64,000 nucleotides of DNA from Octopus sinensis (Eukaryota). The stretch covers positions 12,090,001-12,154,000 of the forward strand of contig NC_043012.1 in NCBI RefSeq assembly GCF_006345805.1. Reading direction: 5' to 3'. Numbering within the stretch: the stretch's first letter is position 1; each line of letters begins with the position of its first letter. Position numbers and translations under genes: made by a program. The notes beneath the pieces were generated by a model that had not been told where the DNA came from, did not search any database, and was given only the letters and a program-made list of their open reading frames with translations. Of this stretch, positions 26,470 through 38,844 are shown piece by piece.

Positions 26470-26702
26470 ACAGCCGTTCAAGAACTTGGACCTGGAGATC
26501 TACATTTCCAGCGACATTGAGGCTCACCTCCCAGTGGTGTCGGGCGTCAACGAAGCACCCTCGTCTACAACAAAACGACCAAAGTATTTATCTTTTTTCC
26601 AAGGTCTGGGGTCTCCCGCCCCTAAGCACTAGACAATCATCTAATCACCCTTACACGTCTTGTTGCTTAACAACAACAACAACAGCAGCAGCAGCAACAA
26701 CA
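26470..26702 (+). mobile_element. LINE 3'-end-like repeat with (CAA)n tail (family G)
   Basis: Second copy in reverse orientation at ~45985-46135 (GTGGTGTCGGGCGTCAACGAAG shared). Confidence 0.6.
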
Positions 26703-27050
26703 GTCGAGGCGCAATGGCCTAGTGGTTAGTTCAGCGGACTCGCGGTCGGAGGATCGTGGTTTCGATTCCCAGACCGGGCGTTGTGTGTTTATTGTGCGAA
26801 AACACCTAAAGCTCCAACTTACTCTCACTCTTTCTTCCTGTTTCTTGTCCCCGACTTCCTACGCAACCGATGAGCTTGGATGCGCATTCATCCATCCGTC
26901 GATGCTCTCGGTGTCGGGGGTTGACCTACTTTCTCTTCTGCGGGTCTAACGAATAGCAAAAGACCACGTCTCGGACTTCTCCCATCTTGCGAGCTCTGGG
27001 ACGAAGACCGTTCGCTCAACAGCGACAGCAGCAACAACAACAGTGACAAC
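26703..27050 (+). mobile_element. Family C SINE
   Basis: tRNA-like head, body highly similar to 51811-52240, (CAA/CAG)n tail. Confidence 0.85.
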
Positions 27051-27159
27051 AACCAGAGACAACAACTAACAAATGTAATATGTATATAAATACAGATGCT
27101 CGCGATCGATTAGGTAAAAATAAAAGTCAAAACACTCTACCACACACAGAGAAATACAT

Positions 27160-27205
<46 letters not shown>

Positions 27206-28224
27206 ATCCCCTCTCACCGTCTGACACACTCTGTCTAGCAGACACAATTACATACAGACGAGCACATGAAATCATGTATGATGAATACACAGAAGTACAC
27301 CAACATTCACATACTGAAACTAAACCAAACGTGACTACATTATACATCGACATTCGTATAGTTATTTACATTAACAGCCGCTTGGTGGCAACCGATTGTC
27401 TTTAACTAAGAACAGCCACCGGCTACAGGGTTTCATATAACTCATGAACATTGCACTCACTTTGCTAATACATAAATATCTAAACACCTTCCATATTTAA
27501 TATTTCATAGCTGTTTTCTATTCACAGAATACATTGTTATGAGTTTAGTCAATAAAATATGTATATGTACACACGGTTTTTGCTTCATCTCTTTATCTTT
27601 CACTAATGATTTGTCCTCAGCCACTTTCGTCTGTCACTGGCATTTAATCGTTTTTAGGCTCGATATTTTGTCATTTGTCACTGATGTGCAGTCATCCATG
27701 ACCTTATTGGTTCAGCGAGAGCCTTCTTTTGCTGCAGTTATCACGTTGGTAATATGCGTGAGATGGACGCAAACGAGCATACACGTAGCACATGCAAATG
27801 TTTGTCTTTATTCGTATGCGTGCATTTATTAATATGTGCAAGGCACACCGGATAAAATGATCAGAAGCATTTAGTCCAGCTGAGTTCAAATTCCGATTTT
27901 TGGGACCAATAAATAAAGTGCAAGTTGAACCCTAGGGGCGACGTAATTAATTAGCTCCATCTCTAAAAATTTCAGACGTTGTGCCTGGAGTAACAAAAGG
28001 ATTTATTTATATGTGCATATCTATCTCTGTCTGTCTGTCTGTCTGTCTGTCTGCCTGTCTATCTGTCTGTCTGTCTGTATACATGTCTGCCTCTTTGTCT
28101 GTCTGTCTATCTCTCCTGCCATCTATCTATCTATATATCTATCTATCTATCTGCCTATCTATCTATCTGTCTGTCTGTCTCTTTGTCTGTTTATCTATTT
28201 CTCTATCTATCTATCTATCTATCC

Positions 28225-28286
<62 letters not shown>

Positions 28287-28999
28287 ATCTATCTATCTGT
28301 TTAACCATCCATCTGTCCATCCATCCGTACATCCATACATATATATCTGTGTGCATGCGTACAGATATGTGCGTATATACAGGCAAGCATACATATACAT
28401 ATAAAAACAGCAATCCATAAGTGTGCCAAGTGAAATGGAAAAGAGCTCTCGCTGCAGTAAGATGAAACAATTTTGCACGCGCACACACACATACACACAT
28501 ACACACACACACACGGTTTATTCATTATATTTACATATACAGCCAGCACACATCTTTGCAATATAGTATGCGTCAATCTGTCTTTCTGTATGCCTGTCCG
28601 TGCCCTCGCATATACTCTCATGTTTCCTCAAGGAAATCATAGAAGTACTTCACATGTATTCGGCTTTCATGTATTATACACATGTATTATACACATGTAC
28701 TCGTGTATAATATATGATCTAACATAATATGATATAATTATTTAAAATTTTTGCCACAAGGGCAGCTTCGGTGAGGTGGGGGACGGGTCAATTACATCGA
28801 CCCCAGTGTTCAGTTGGTGCTTATTTTATAGACCCCGAAATGATGAAAGACAAAGATGAACTCGACGGAATTTGAACTCAGAACGTAGCGACTGGTGAAA
28901 TACCACTAAGCATTTCGTCCAGCGCCCTCGCCCCCTTAATATAATATATTATAATATAATATAATATAATATAATATATATATAATATAGTATAGTACG

Positions 29000-29046
<47 letters not shown>

Positions 29047-29361
29047 TATAATATAATATATATATATAGTGTAATAAAATATAAGATAATGTAATATATG
29101 TAAGTACCTAGTTATGTGTGAATGTGTGCATGTGTATATGTGTGTTTTTCGTATGCCACCAACTTTGCTGCCACTTCTGTATATTAGCAACATCAATTCG
29201 ACTATCCTACCTCTCTCGCTACCAAAAGTGCTACTTATAGCATGTGTATCACAATTATCAATCTTTCTCTTTACCTCGGTTGCCAAATGAAACATGCCGG
29301 CGTTTTCCCTGAACTGGTTTCAAAGACGAACCCATGCTTTAGTTGAGTGCATTTCACTCAC

Positions 29362-29404
29362 TGCACATCGAATGCAGTTGTAGATCAGTTTCAGCCAACC
29401 ACGG
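29362..29404 (-). CDS. Candidate coding exon of unidentified gene
   Basis: Acceptor CATTGCTTTTAG and donor GCA|GTGAGT. 43 nt, open as PWLAETDLQLHSMC (phase 0 to 1); also open as RGWLKLIYNCIRCA. Confidence 0.45.
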
Positions 29405-29528
29405 CTAAAAGCAATGTGCATTTGTGAATTCTCTAACCATTTACCGCTATCGAAACATTCAATACTTTCATCCCAAGTAAACAATTATGATAATAATAAT
29501 AATAGTAATAATAATAGTAATAATAGTG

Positions 29529-29574
<46 letters not shown>

Positions 29575-29639
29575 CTACAACAATAACCGATATTAACGTA
29601 TTCAGTAAGATGGCATGAAAGTGAAAACAATTCCAATTA

Positions 29640-30410
29640 TAATGGGGGCATTTGGCATAATAAAAAAGAAAAATATCTGAACAAAAACGTAGAAGCTATA
29701 CCAGGATCTTCAACGCTATCCAAAAAGATGCTCTGCTAGCAACTTCCTACGCAAGATAATTAGATGATTCACCTTTGGAAAATGGGTGTTATATTCAACA
29801 TTCTTAAACAACCCTTATTCAGGGATCTTTTGAGCGGGATGGGATACGCGACCTGAAGAAACTTTTTACTAGGCTCCACCTGCAAGGTCATGCACTGTTT
29901 ACCTTGATATGAGACCACCATTTCGCGCACATATGGTTGTGATGCATGTGCCGGATGTACCTCATCAGACGGGTAGTCATGATGGGTATACTGGGCTTCG
30001 TATATTTTACCCCAGTGTCACTTTGATGGCATGTACTACTCTCTCACTCACTCACGAATAATAAGAATAGTAATAATAATAATGATAATGACTTGATGCA
30101 GTAGAAGCACTGACTCTCATAGCTTTTGACCTTAACTGATTGGTAGGGTTATCATGAATATGTTTTGTTTTGGGCTACTGTAAATATTCTGCTCAGTACT
30201 GCAGATTTGCTTGTCAGTTGTTTGACCGTAACTAGTTGAGGATGTCCCTTAGTGTCTGACGTTGTTTGTATTTCTCATTACGAGCAGAAGTAGTAGAGTA
30301 GCATCATAGTCATGAGTTGAGAGGAGTTTTGGGTGGGGGTTAAATAATTTACCTCTGGAAACATGCGTATTTTGTTCATCATCCTTAAACAAAATTTATT
30401 CAAGGATCTT
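29640..30410 (+). mobile_element. R4/Dong-like LINE C-terminal remnant plus family F 3'-UTR-like repeat pieces
   Basis: 29640-29760 reads IMGAFGIIK...IQKDALLA. 29765-30075 matches 52768-52945 and ends in (AAT)n; 30180-30410 is an overlapping upstream piece. Confidence 0.6.
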
Positions 30411-30416
30411 TTGCTG

Positions 30417-30579
30417 GTGTGTTTACGTCCCCGTTCCTTATCGGTTCAACAAGAGAGACCGATAGAATAAGTACTAGGCTTACAAAGTATAAGTCCTGGG
30501 GTTGATTTGCTCGACTAAAGGTGGTGCTCCAGCATGGCCGCAGTCAAATGACTGAAACAAATAAAAGAATAAAAGAATA
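30417..30579 (+). mobile_element. Family A SINE 3' half
   Basis: High identity to the 984-1400 copy; ends AAATAAAAGAATAAAAGAAT. Confidence 0.85.
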
Positions 30580-30845
30580 TACATACACACACACACACAA
30601 ACACACACTCACACACACATATGCATTCAATATATTGATACAAACATACGCACAACACTTACACGCATTGCTGTTATGTTTAAGCACGGTCTAAAAGGGA
30701 ACAGAGCTTGAACAGAACGTCTCATGAGAGCGAAACCAGATGCCTGCCATGTACTGAACGACCTCGTTTCTACGTACGTAAAAGACCCTCTGATACAATT
30801 ATATCTGGGAAATTAGCTAGTCTCTTCATATCACATGAGGCTTAC

Positions 30846-30988
30846 GTACAACGTCGTAACCAATCGCCCAATTGTAGGTAGACTGCATATTGATATTTCC
30901 ATTCCAGAAACAACCAGCTTAACAACGGTTTCAGATTTTACGCCATGACTAAAATTCCCGCCAAAGTCTGTACAGTGCCTTGTTATGA
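30846..30988 (-). CDS. Candidate coding exon of unidentified gene
   Basis: Acceptor TTTTTTTTCCCCATAATGTTTGCATGTAG and donor TAC|GTAAGC. 143 nt; only the phase 1 to 0 frame is open: ITRHCTDFGGNFSHGVKSETVVKLVVSGMEISICSLPTIGRLVTTLY. Confidence 0.5.
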
Positions 30989-31425
30989 CTACATGCAAAC
31001 ATTATGGGGAAAAAAAACGAGAAAAAAACCCAGGGATAAATAAAAAGTGTAAGGAGAGAAAGGGGAGATATTTAGAGAAGAGGAGGAAGAAGAAGAAAAA
31101 GTGATTTGAGGAGGAAGGAAAAGAGAGAAATGTGTTTATACGCGGGAAGTCCATTCCCTAAATATAGGACATGTTTAAAAAAATCAATAAATTTGTCGCG
31201 CTTTCAATGTTTGTTTATTTTAAACACGCCCCCCCCCCATACACACACGCACTTACTCACACACGCACACAATTTTCTTGTGGGCAAAATTGAATAATAT
31301 ATGAGTAATCCAATTAGATATCTATTTGTCGATAAAAGAAAAGTGCCTGACAGGATCAGGTGCAACGTGAAGTAAAAATCTGAGGGACTTTTTTTCGTTC
31401 ATCAGTTGTTGTTCCATCTTGAAAG

Positions 31426-31467
<42 letters not shown>

Positions 31468-31507
31468 GTTATTGTTATTGTTATTATTATTATTGTTATT
31501 ATTATTA

Positions 31508-31554
<47 letters not shown>

Positions 31555-32101
31555 TCTTTTTTTCTAATGGCTACTTAGTGCAATGCATCAAGCAGTCGGT
31601 ATCGTTTCTATAGAAACATAGTGAAGCAACAAAAATATAAATATATATAAATATATATAAATATGTTTGTGCGTGCGTGATCGCTCGTGTGTGTATACAT
31701 ATATATATATATATATATAATATATATATATATATATGCATACACACACTTTCACAATCCTCTCACTGGTTTGAGCCATTGGAGTGCTGCAATAGAACAG
31801 CGCAGACTTTCACAGGATTCATGAGGAATATCAACTCGGAAACTTACACGAGCCTGGTACTTATTTTGTTAAGCATTCATTAGTGAAAAAAAACACACAC
31901 GCACACATTGACGAGACAGATGGGTACAACATTAACAGCTCCTGATTTCGAGTTGCATAAGCACTCATACGCACAAGCATAGAAAGACACCCACATACAC
32001 ACATATATGCATATTTATGTATACTTTCACAGATGTAGATGCATACATATATATACATGCATACATGCTCACACACACACACACACATATATATGTATAT
32101 A

Positions 32102-32150
<49 letters not shown>

Positions 32151-32154
<4 letters not shown>

Positions 32155-32329
32155 AGAGTTTACGAAAAAAACAAAAGACAAAGACAGGTGGTGTACAAAA
32201 CAAGCAGATGTATTAGTATAACGCTCAGGAATAGAAAAAGTCTTTTACGTTTCGAGCCTACGCTCTTCTACAGAGAGGGACACAGAAAAAACAAGGAGAG
32301 AAAATAATGTGTGTAGTGGCTAACGATCT

Positions 32330-32334
<5 letters not shown>
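32151..32334 (-). mobile_element. Family E repeat copy 3
   Basis: Flanked by (TA)n on both sides; hammerhead-like motif at 32242-32277. Confidence 0.75.
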
Positions 32335-32374
<40 letters not shown>

Positions 32375-32805
32375 ATCTATGCATACACACAGACACACAC
32401 ACCTATTATTCAACCTTGTTACAGTGGGTATTTTAGAGACTTTTGTGTGAAATTAGTTTGAATGGACATTTAATGGAGACATATATATTCCATTTACTTT
32501 CGTCCATTATTCTTCGATTAATGAAGATGAACTGTTGTACTTGATCAAACATGTCAAATGCTTAATAATAATTGAAGGAGACGAATTTACAGCTATCATT
32601 TACAATTCAATTCTTGTTACGCTCCGGCGAGTTCTGACTAAGCAGAATTAATTTCGAAGATATTCCAACTAAGACTAACAGATATGCCGTCCCTACAATA
32701 CGTTTTCAACTATATACTCGCAAGAGACTAGACTGACGAATATATCCCTTGTAATTAGGATAGGGATTTGTGCGCTACTTTTGTTAATATGGCTTACATT
32801 GTATC

Positions 32806-32999
32806 AGTCGCCACGATAGATCGTTAGCCACTACACACATTTTTTTCTCTCCTTGTTTCTCTCCTTGTATTTTTCTGTGTCTCTTTCTGTAGAAGAGCGT
32901 AGGCTCGAAACGTAAAAGATTTGTTCTATTCCTGAGTGTTATACTAATACATCTGTTTGTTTTGTACACCACCTGTCTTCGTCTTCGTAAACTCTCCCT
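32806..32999 (+). mobile_element. Family E repeat copy 4
   Basis: Hammerhead-like motif at 32883-32918; inverted relative to copy 3. Confidence 0.75.
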
Positions 33000-33478
33000 A
33001 TATATCACACGCTCACGTGGTCGCACATGTTGATCCTGTCATTTCTTACCACACACGAACCTCTCCACTGGACCTTCTATCTACCCTTTACGGATTCTCC
33101 TTTGGACATTTATCCTCCGGCTGCACCTCTCCTACCTCCGGTTCACTGTGGACTACTACTCTTGATGAAAAATCCTTACACTGTAGATGCTCCCTAGTTG
33201 GTACAGTCCCTGAAAGGATGGTAAAAGATGTACCAGATTCAAGAAATCTATGGAACGCCTTCTCCTCATATCTGACTGGTGGTCAATCTTAGAAATCAAT
33301 ATTTCATGAAGATTGACTTCATTAAATTAATATGTGGGGCAATTATAGATTGCTTTTTGACATGGCCAAATGTCTGGGTGATGAGTTTAATATTTAATAT
33401 TACTATAAATGTAACATATTAAAATATTGTAACAATCATGTTTATTTTTAGATAGATTATTTCTGTGTTCTTTTAAAA

Positions 33479-33550
33479 ATGGCAGGCTATAAGGAATTGA
33501 TTGAGAACAGTAGATATTTTTATAATGAGCGTAACCACGATTTTAGCAAA
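33479..33550 (+). CDS. Candidate plus-strand start exon
   Basis: Acceptor TTTATTTTTAG at 33451, AAAAATGG start, MAGYKELIENSRYFYNERNHDFSK, donor AAA|GTAAGC. No downstream partner exon established. Confidence 0.3.
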
Positions 33551-33887
33551 GTAAGCAAACACGTTAGCTATGGTTCCAATTGCAAACATGAAACCATTTA
33601 ACTACGCAGCCGATTCAGTGTCATTATTATTCAGTAGGCAATCAAACAACACTTCTTATGTTATTTCTTATATTACGTGTGGTACTACCATAGTCTACAT
33701 TACGTGAAACCATGTAAAATATTCAACATACGTGTCTGAATGGCACGACTAACTTACTTTGAATATTTTTTAGTAGTGCGGTCAGCCTGATGATGAGTCA
33801 CGTCGATGCAGATTCTCGAAAATGATTGCCCATGCTTATAATACATAGATAGATGCATACATACTTGCATTCATACATACACCCATT

Positions 33888-33990
33888 TTTAACTGCCGTC
33901 CTGGGTCCATCTGCTCACTACAAACCGATTGTAGAAGATCTAATGTAAGTTATAAATGCACCGTCCTCAACACATTACACAATTCTACAG

Positions 33991-34045
<55 letters not shown>

Positions 34046-34379
34046 CAACCATAAATTTAAAACAATGATATGTTGCTCATCTCAATTCTTTTAGATACGA
34101 GAAACACAGTAAATCCACAACATTCGCCAGTCACATACATCATTTCAAAAATAGTAATTGTAATAGTACATTGTAATTGTAATAGAACATTGTGTTATGG
34201 TTCATAATAGATTCAGGGCTTCCATACCAAGATCAACGCTTAACCTGTAAGTTATGCCTAAAAGAGGCATTCCACATATTAAAAGACAACTCCTCGACAC
34301 TACTAAACAAATATATAACGAAGCCCTGAGTACATGCACCCTAAGTCACCACAGAGCATATATCCACAACATCCCTTAG
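33888..34379 (+). pseudogene. Penelope-like element (Naiad-type) GIY-YIG endonuclease remnant
   Basis: Manual translation across frameshifts: FNCRPGSICSLQTDCRRSNVSYKCTV...YIEST.NLKQ*YVAHLNSFRYEKHSKSTTFASHIHHFK...WFIIDSGLPYQDQRLTCKLCLKEAFHILKDNSSTLLNKY/NEALSTCTLSHHRAYIHNIP*. It contains the CNCR..CPL..C, VIY-YIG, CxLCLxE and LLNK..E...C motifs. Confidence 0.85.
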
Positions 34380-34576
34380 GTGATCCACAGCAACCCTACT
34401 TAACTTTCCCTTATCTCCATTTTAATTTTTAATCTTTAATTGTTTAACTCCCTATCTTGTTTTAAAGATCTCAATTATTTAACACTACATATTTGGACAC
34501 ACAAGCGGATACATGTATGTCTAAATGTGTGTGCATGCACTTTTATGCATATATGTATATGTATGTGGGTATATGT

Positions 34577-34639
<63 letters not shown>

Positions 34640-35640
34640 ATATACATACACACATATATATACGTGTGCATGTGCGTGTGTGTATATATATGTGTGTGTG
34701 GATATGTATATCCAAATATACATGAGTGTATGTGTGTATATATATATATATATATGTATAAGTACGTATGTGTATAAATGTGTGTATGCATATGCGCCCA
34801 TGTATATGTATGTGGGTGCGAGTGTACGTATGTCATTATACCCTCTTTGCTCCTCTCTGATTCCTACCAATCAAATTAACATATCACAAGTCTATTTAAA
34901 GAAATTTTGACATTGTATTCTTCTCTCCACTTTAAATTTTACTACTAAAACTACTACTTATTTGGTATCTAATATATACCTTTTCTGTAACCATCCCTTA
35001 ATACAGACTTATCATATCTACCCACATACCTCACATATATCACACACATTCACTCCTTACCTTCTAACCTCTTCTATCCCCCACTCCCCTCCTATCCTCC
35101 TCCTCACATTTCTTGACCACCACCTAACATTCCTTTTCTCACCTCCGTCACCCTTTTTTTCACCCTTTTCACTTATTTTCACTCTCTCTCCCTCTCTTCT
35201 TTTCTCCCTCATTTTATAATCATTACTCGTTTATCCTTTTTCTTTTTTCTCTTTCTTCCTCTCATTTTCTTTTCTTCTCTTCATTTTGACCTATATCCTC
35301 ATTCTATCATAAAACCCAAGCCATCCACAAATAAATACCACCAATACATTCTCAAATTTTTATTCACACCAAAAACCCCTCGAATGGGTGACACAGAATC
35401 CACGACTCCATCCATAGTTTTAAATGACTAAACACGAACTACTATCGGAACATATATACCATGTGCAGGAAACTTTTTTTACCACTTCTATACACAACTT
35501 TACTCGAATAATGAAACTGCAACTACAATATTTATATGTTATTTCTACTTTCATTCTCTTATTTCCCTCTATTTTCCCTATTTTCTCCTCATTTTCTATG
35601 ATAATTCTTTATTTTGAACTGAATCATTTACCTCTCTCAC

Positions 35641-35694
35641 ATCGTCTCTGATGAAGGGATATCCATAATAGGACAGAAACAGCTGTAAGATTAT
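35641..35694 (+). ncRNA. Type I hammerhead ribozyme at the Penelope 3' end (canonical core, degenerate stem II)
   Basis: AUCGUCU-CUGAUGA-AGGGAUAUCCAUAAUAGGACA-GAAA-CAGCUGUA-AGAUUAU. Stem III is the palindrome ACAGCUGU and the triplet is GUA (cleavage after 35687). Confidence 0.7.
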
Positions 35695-35985
35695 ATTCGT
35701 TTCCTTAGAAATGTCCTGAAAACTCCTCACAGCCTTGGTTTTATCTGATTTTGCCTGATATACATGTATGTATATATATATATGCAGGCTCATAAAAGAT
35801 CCACATTAAACATCTCACTCGTATCACGATCAAACCGAGAGTTTAACTGTGGTCTGTCCTTACTTAGCGCTTACTTAGCATTACTTGCCAGTCTTTGCGT
35901 CTTCTAGATACCAATACCATATATATATATATATACATAAGCGTCTGTGTGTGTTTGAGTGTCTCCATCTTTGTATGTATATGTA

Positions 35986-36071
<86 letters not shown>

Positions 36072-36206
36072 CACATACACACAATCACACCCACTCACAC
36101 ACATACAGACGCCAGCAACAATGTGATAGCTGAAGATCTTTCATATTACGATCTAACGGCCTATGGCAAACTTTTAATGGAGGAGCGACGAGTAAAATAC
36201 ACTCAC

Positions 36207-36270
36207 TATAGATTGTCGCCATTCTTTGCTACCGTTGACAGCAAATATGTATCCCGTAGCACTGACAAGT
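36207..36270 (-). CDS. Candidate coding exon of unidentified gene
   Basis: Acceptor CTCTATTGTGTAG and donor ATA|GTGAGT. 64 nt, open as (R)LVSATGYIFAVNGSKEWRQSI or (D)LSVLRDTYLLSTVAKNGDNL, each phase-compatible with one reading of the 37630 exon. Confidence 0.5.
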
Positions 36271-36432
36271 CTACACAATAGAGAGATATATCTTTAATAG
36301 AGATTGACAGATATATATTCACACACACACACAACCACACACACACAGAAATGCGCACACACAGAAATGCGCACACACAAACATGCACATATACAAATAT
36401 ACATATATATGGAATTTCAGCAACCACCGTCT

Positions 36433-36523
<91 letters not shown>

Positions 36524-36836
36524 GTATATATAATATATATATATATAATATATATATATATATATAGATAGATAGATAGATGCGTATGTATATGCAGGCA
36601 CAAACACACATACAGACGTGGGCACATATACTCACACAACACACACACGCACACGTACATATGGATACATATATCGACAATGTATCATATATCCGGGAAA
36701 GAAGCGCTGTCTAAATTACAGCCCAGTAATGTAGTTATATGCAGTTAAGTCTATGTTTGCTCATAGAGTGACAAATGCTTTCACATCTACAAAAAACTTA
36801 GGCCCATGGACATCTCGTCAGACACTAAAGCTGGAG

Positions 36837-36928
36837 GCACTGCTTGGGCAAGTGTCTTCTACTTAAGCCTCGGGCCGACCAAAGGCTTGTGAGTGGATTT
36901 GGTAGAACTAAACTGAAAGTCGCCAGAC

Positions 36929-36991
<63 letters not shown>

Positions 36992-37134
36992 ATGTGGTTG
37001 TGTATCTGCGTTTGCCCCCTCCCCCAACATCGCTTGACAACCGATGCTCGTGTGTTTACGTCCCGCTCGACTAAAGGCGGTGCTCCAGCATGGCGGCAGT
37101 CAAATGACTGAAACAAATAAAAGAATAAAGGAAT
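36837..37134 (+). mobile_element. Family A SINE (5'-truncated, internally deleted)
   Basis: Similarity to the other A copies; tail-to-tail with the next copy. Confidence 0.85.
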
Positions 37135-37165
37135 ACATATATGTATATATATATATATATATTTA

Positions 37166-37563
37166 TACTCTTTTACTTGTTTCAGTCATTTAACTGAGGT
37201 CATGCTGGAGCACCGCCTTTTAGTCGAGCAAATGAACCCTAGGACTTATTCTTTGTAAGCCTAGTACTTATTCTATCGGTCTATTTGAGGAATCGCTAAA
37301 TTACGTGGATGTAAACACACCAACATCGGTTGTTAAGCGATGTTGGGGGAGGGATAGCAAACACACACACACACACATATATATATACATATACATATAT
37401 ACGTCAGGCTTCTTTCAGTTTCTGTCTACGAAATCCACTCACAAGGCTTTAGTAAGCCCGAGGCTATAGTAGAAGACACTTTGCCGAAGTTGCCACGCAG
37501 TGGGACTGAACCGTGAACCATGAGTTTGGTAAGCAAGCTACTTACAACACAGCCACTCCTGCG

Positions 37564-37566
<3 letters not shown>
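37166..37566 (-). mobile_element. Family A SINE, full length
   Basis: Head AGGCGCAGGAGTGGCTGTGTTGTAAG...GGTTCAGTCCC; tail AAGTAAAAGAGTA; in a TA tract. Confidence 0.9.
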
Positions 37567-37609
<43 letters not shown>

Positions 37610-37629
37610 CATATATATAAGGTATCTAC

Positions 37630-37709
37630 CGTTGATACAAAAGGCTTTCCGGTATAGTGACGGAAGAGAGAACATCTTGCAATGCCAGTTCATAGCTCTC
37701 GTAGGATAT
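37630..37709 (-). CDS. Candidate coding exon of unidentified gene
   Basis: Strong acceptor ATTATTTTTTCTCACAG and donor ACG|GTAGAT. 80 nt, open as ISYESYELALQDVLSSVTIPESLLYQ(R) or YPTRAMNWHCKMFSLPSLYRKAFCIN. Confidence 0.5.
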
Positions 37710-38530
37710 CTGTGAGAAAAAATAATCTACGATGTATATTTCAATCATTTTTCAAGAATAGTTCTCAAATGGCGCGAATATAAATTGCTTGCTAGAAAAA
37801 TTAGAAACCTCGTATATATATATATATATACGAACTCTACATCCTATTGCAGTACTATTGATAGCATACATGGCATTGTAAACACCTAATATGTATTATT
37901 ATAAATGCTCTAAATATTTGGTCAAGAATGTATATAATAATTGAGAGCAATTAACAACTGCAGTGTAGACACCGGATTATCTCACGCACAATTGCACATG
38001 CAAGGTACTGTTGAGCATGTAAGTGAGTGTGTGTGTGTGGGTGTGTGTGGGTGTGGGTGTGTGGATGCTGTTATGCGATATTGAGATTTAATTAGTCATA
38101 GATGAATTTCCTTTTCAAATTTACTATTCCCCAACTTCTCACTGTCTGTCTCACACACATGCGGTATATATATACATGAATGCATCCATCCATCCATCCA
38201 TCCATCTATCCGTCCGTCCGTTCATCCATCCATCCATCCATCCATCCATCCATCCATCTATCCATCCATCCATCCATCCAACTATCAATACATGCATAAA
38301 TGCATACATACATACATACATACATACATACATACATACACATATACATATACATGTATACGGACTTCGTTTTTCGTCATTCGAATGTGCATGCTCACAC
38401 GTGAGTGTGCGTTTCATCTTTATTGATAAATAAAAAAAATATACGTAAGATCAATTTAATTTTGTGTCATATAAACTATAACATAAAAACCATACACAAG
38501 CATACATATTACATATATATATATATATAT

Positions 38531-38844
38531 CATCACAATCAAGGAACGGCCATAATAGGCCATTCACCCACTAGAAATAACAGCCAAAAGCTTCAACCGC
38601 AAAATAACATCAATTCCGTAAACCAGGAGAAAATTAAAAAACATTTACCCTGTAAATTTTTAATTTTTTAATTTTCTTCTGGTTTTTTAATTTTTTAAAA
38701 TTTTTTAAAATTTTTTAAAATTTTTTAATTTTTTAATTTTTTAATTTTCTCCGGTTTAAGGAATGATGTTATTTTGCGGTTGAAGCTTTTGGCTGTTATT
38801 CTAGTGGGTGAATGGCCTATTATGGCCGTTCCTTGATTGTGATG
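38531..38844. mobile_element. Foldback/MITE-like element with ~110-bp terminal inverted repeats
   Basis: 38531-38641 versus 38737-38844 differ by three 1-bp indels and one substitution. AT-rich centre with TTTTTTAAAA repeats; adjacent to (TA)n. Confidence 0.8.

Noticed and set aside
26703-26780. tRNA genes at SINE heads (also 7620-7690, 15578, 17960-18038, 51811)
   Set aside because: A/B boxes are present but there is no complete cloverleaf, and each runs straight into a SINE body.
33785-33830. CTGATGA...CTC-GAAA hammerhead-like motif
   Set aside because: Stem III and the cleavage triplet cannot be formed and stem I is only 2 bp.
34066-34068. In-frame TGA as selenocysteine in the Naiad-like ORF
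   Set aside because: It falls at the Arg of the K-x-R-Y motif (CGA to TGA decay). The CxxC cysteines here are ordinary TGT/TGC codons.
36207-36270. GSKEW similarity to the REC114 GSKDW motif
   Set aside because: A five-residue match recalled from memory with incompatible spacing to other motifs; insufficient for a gene symbol.
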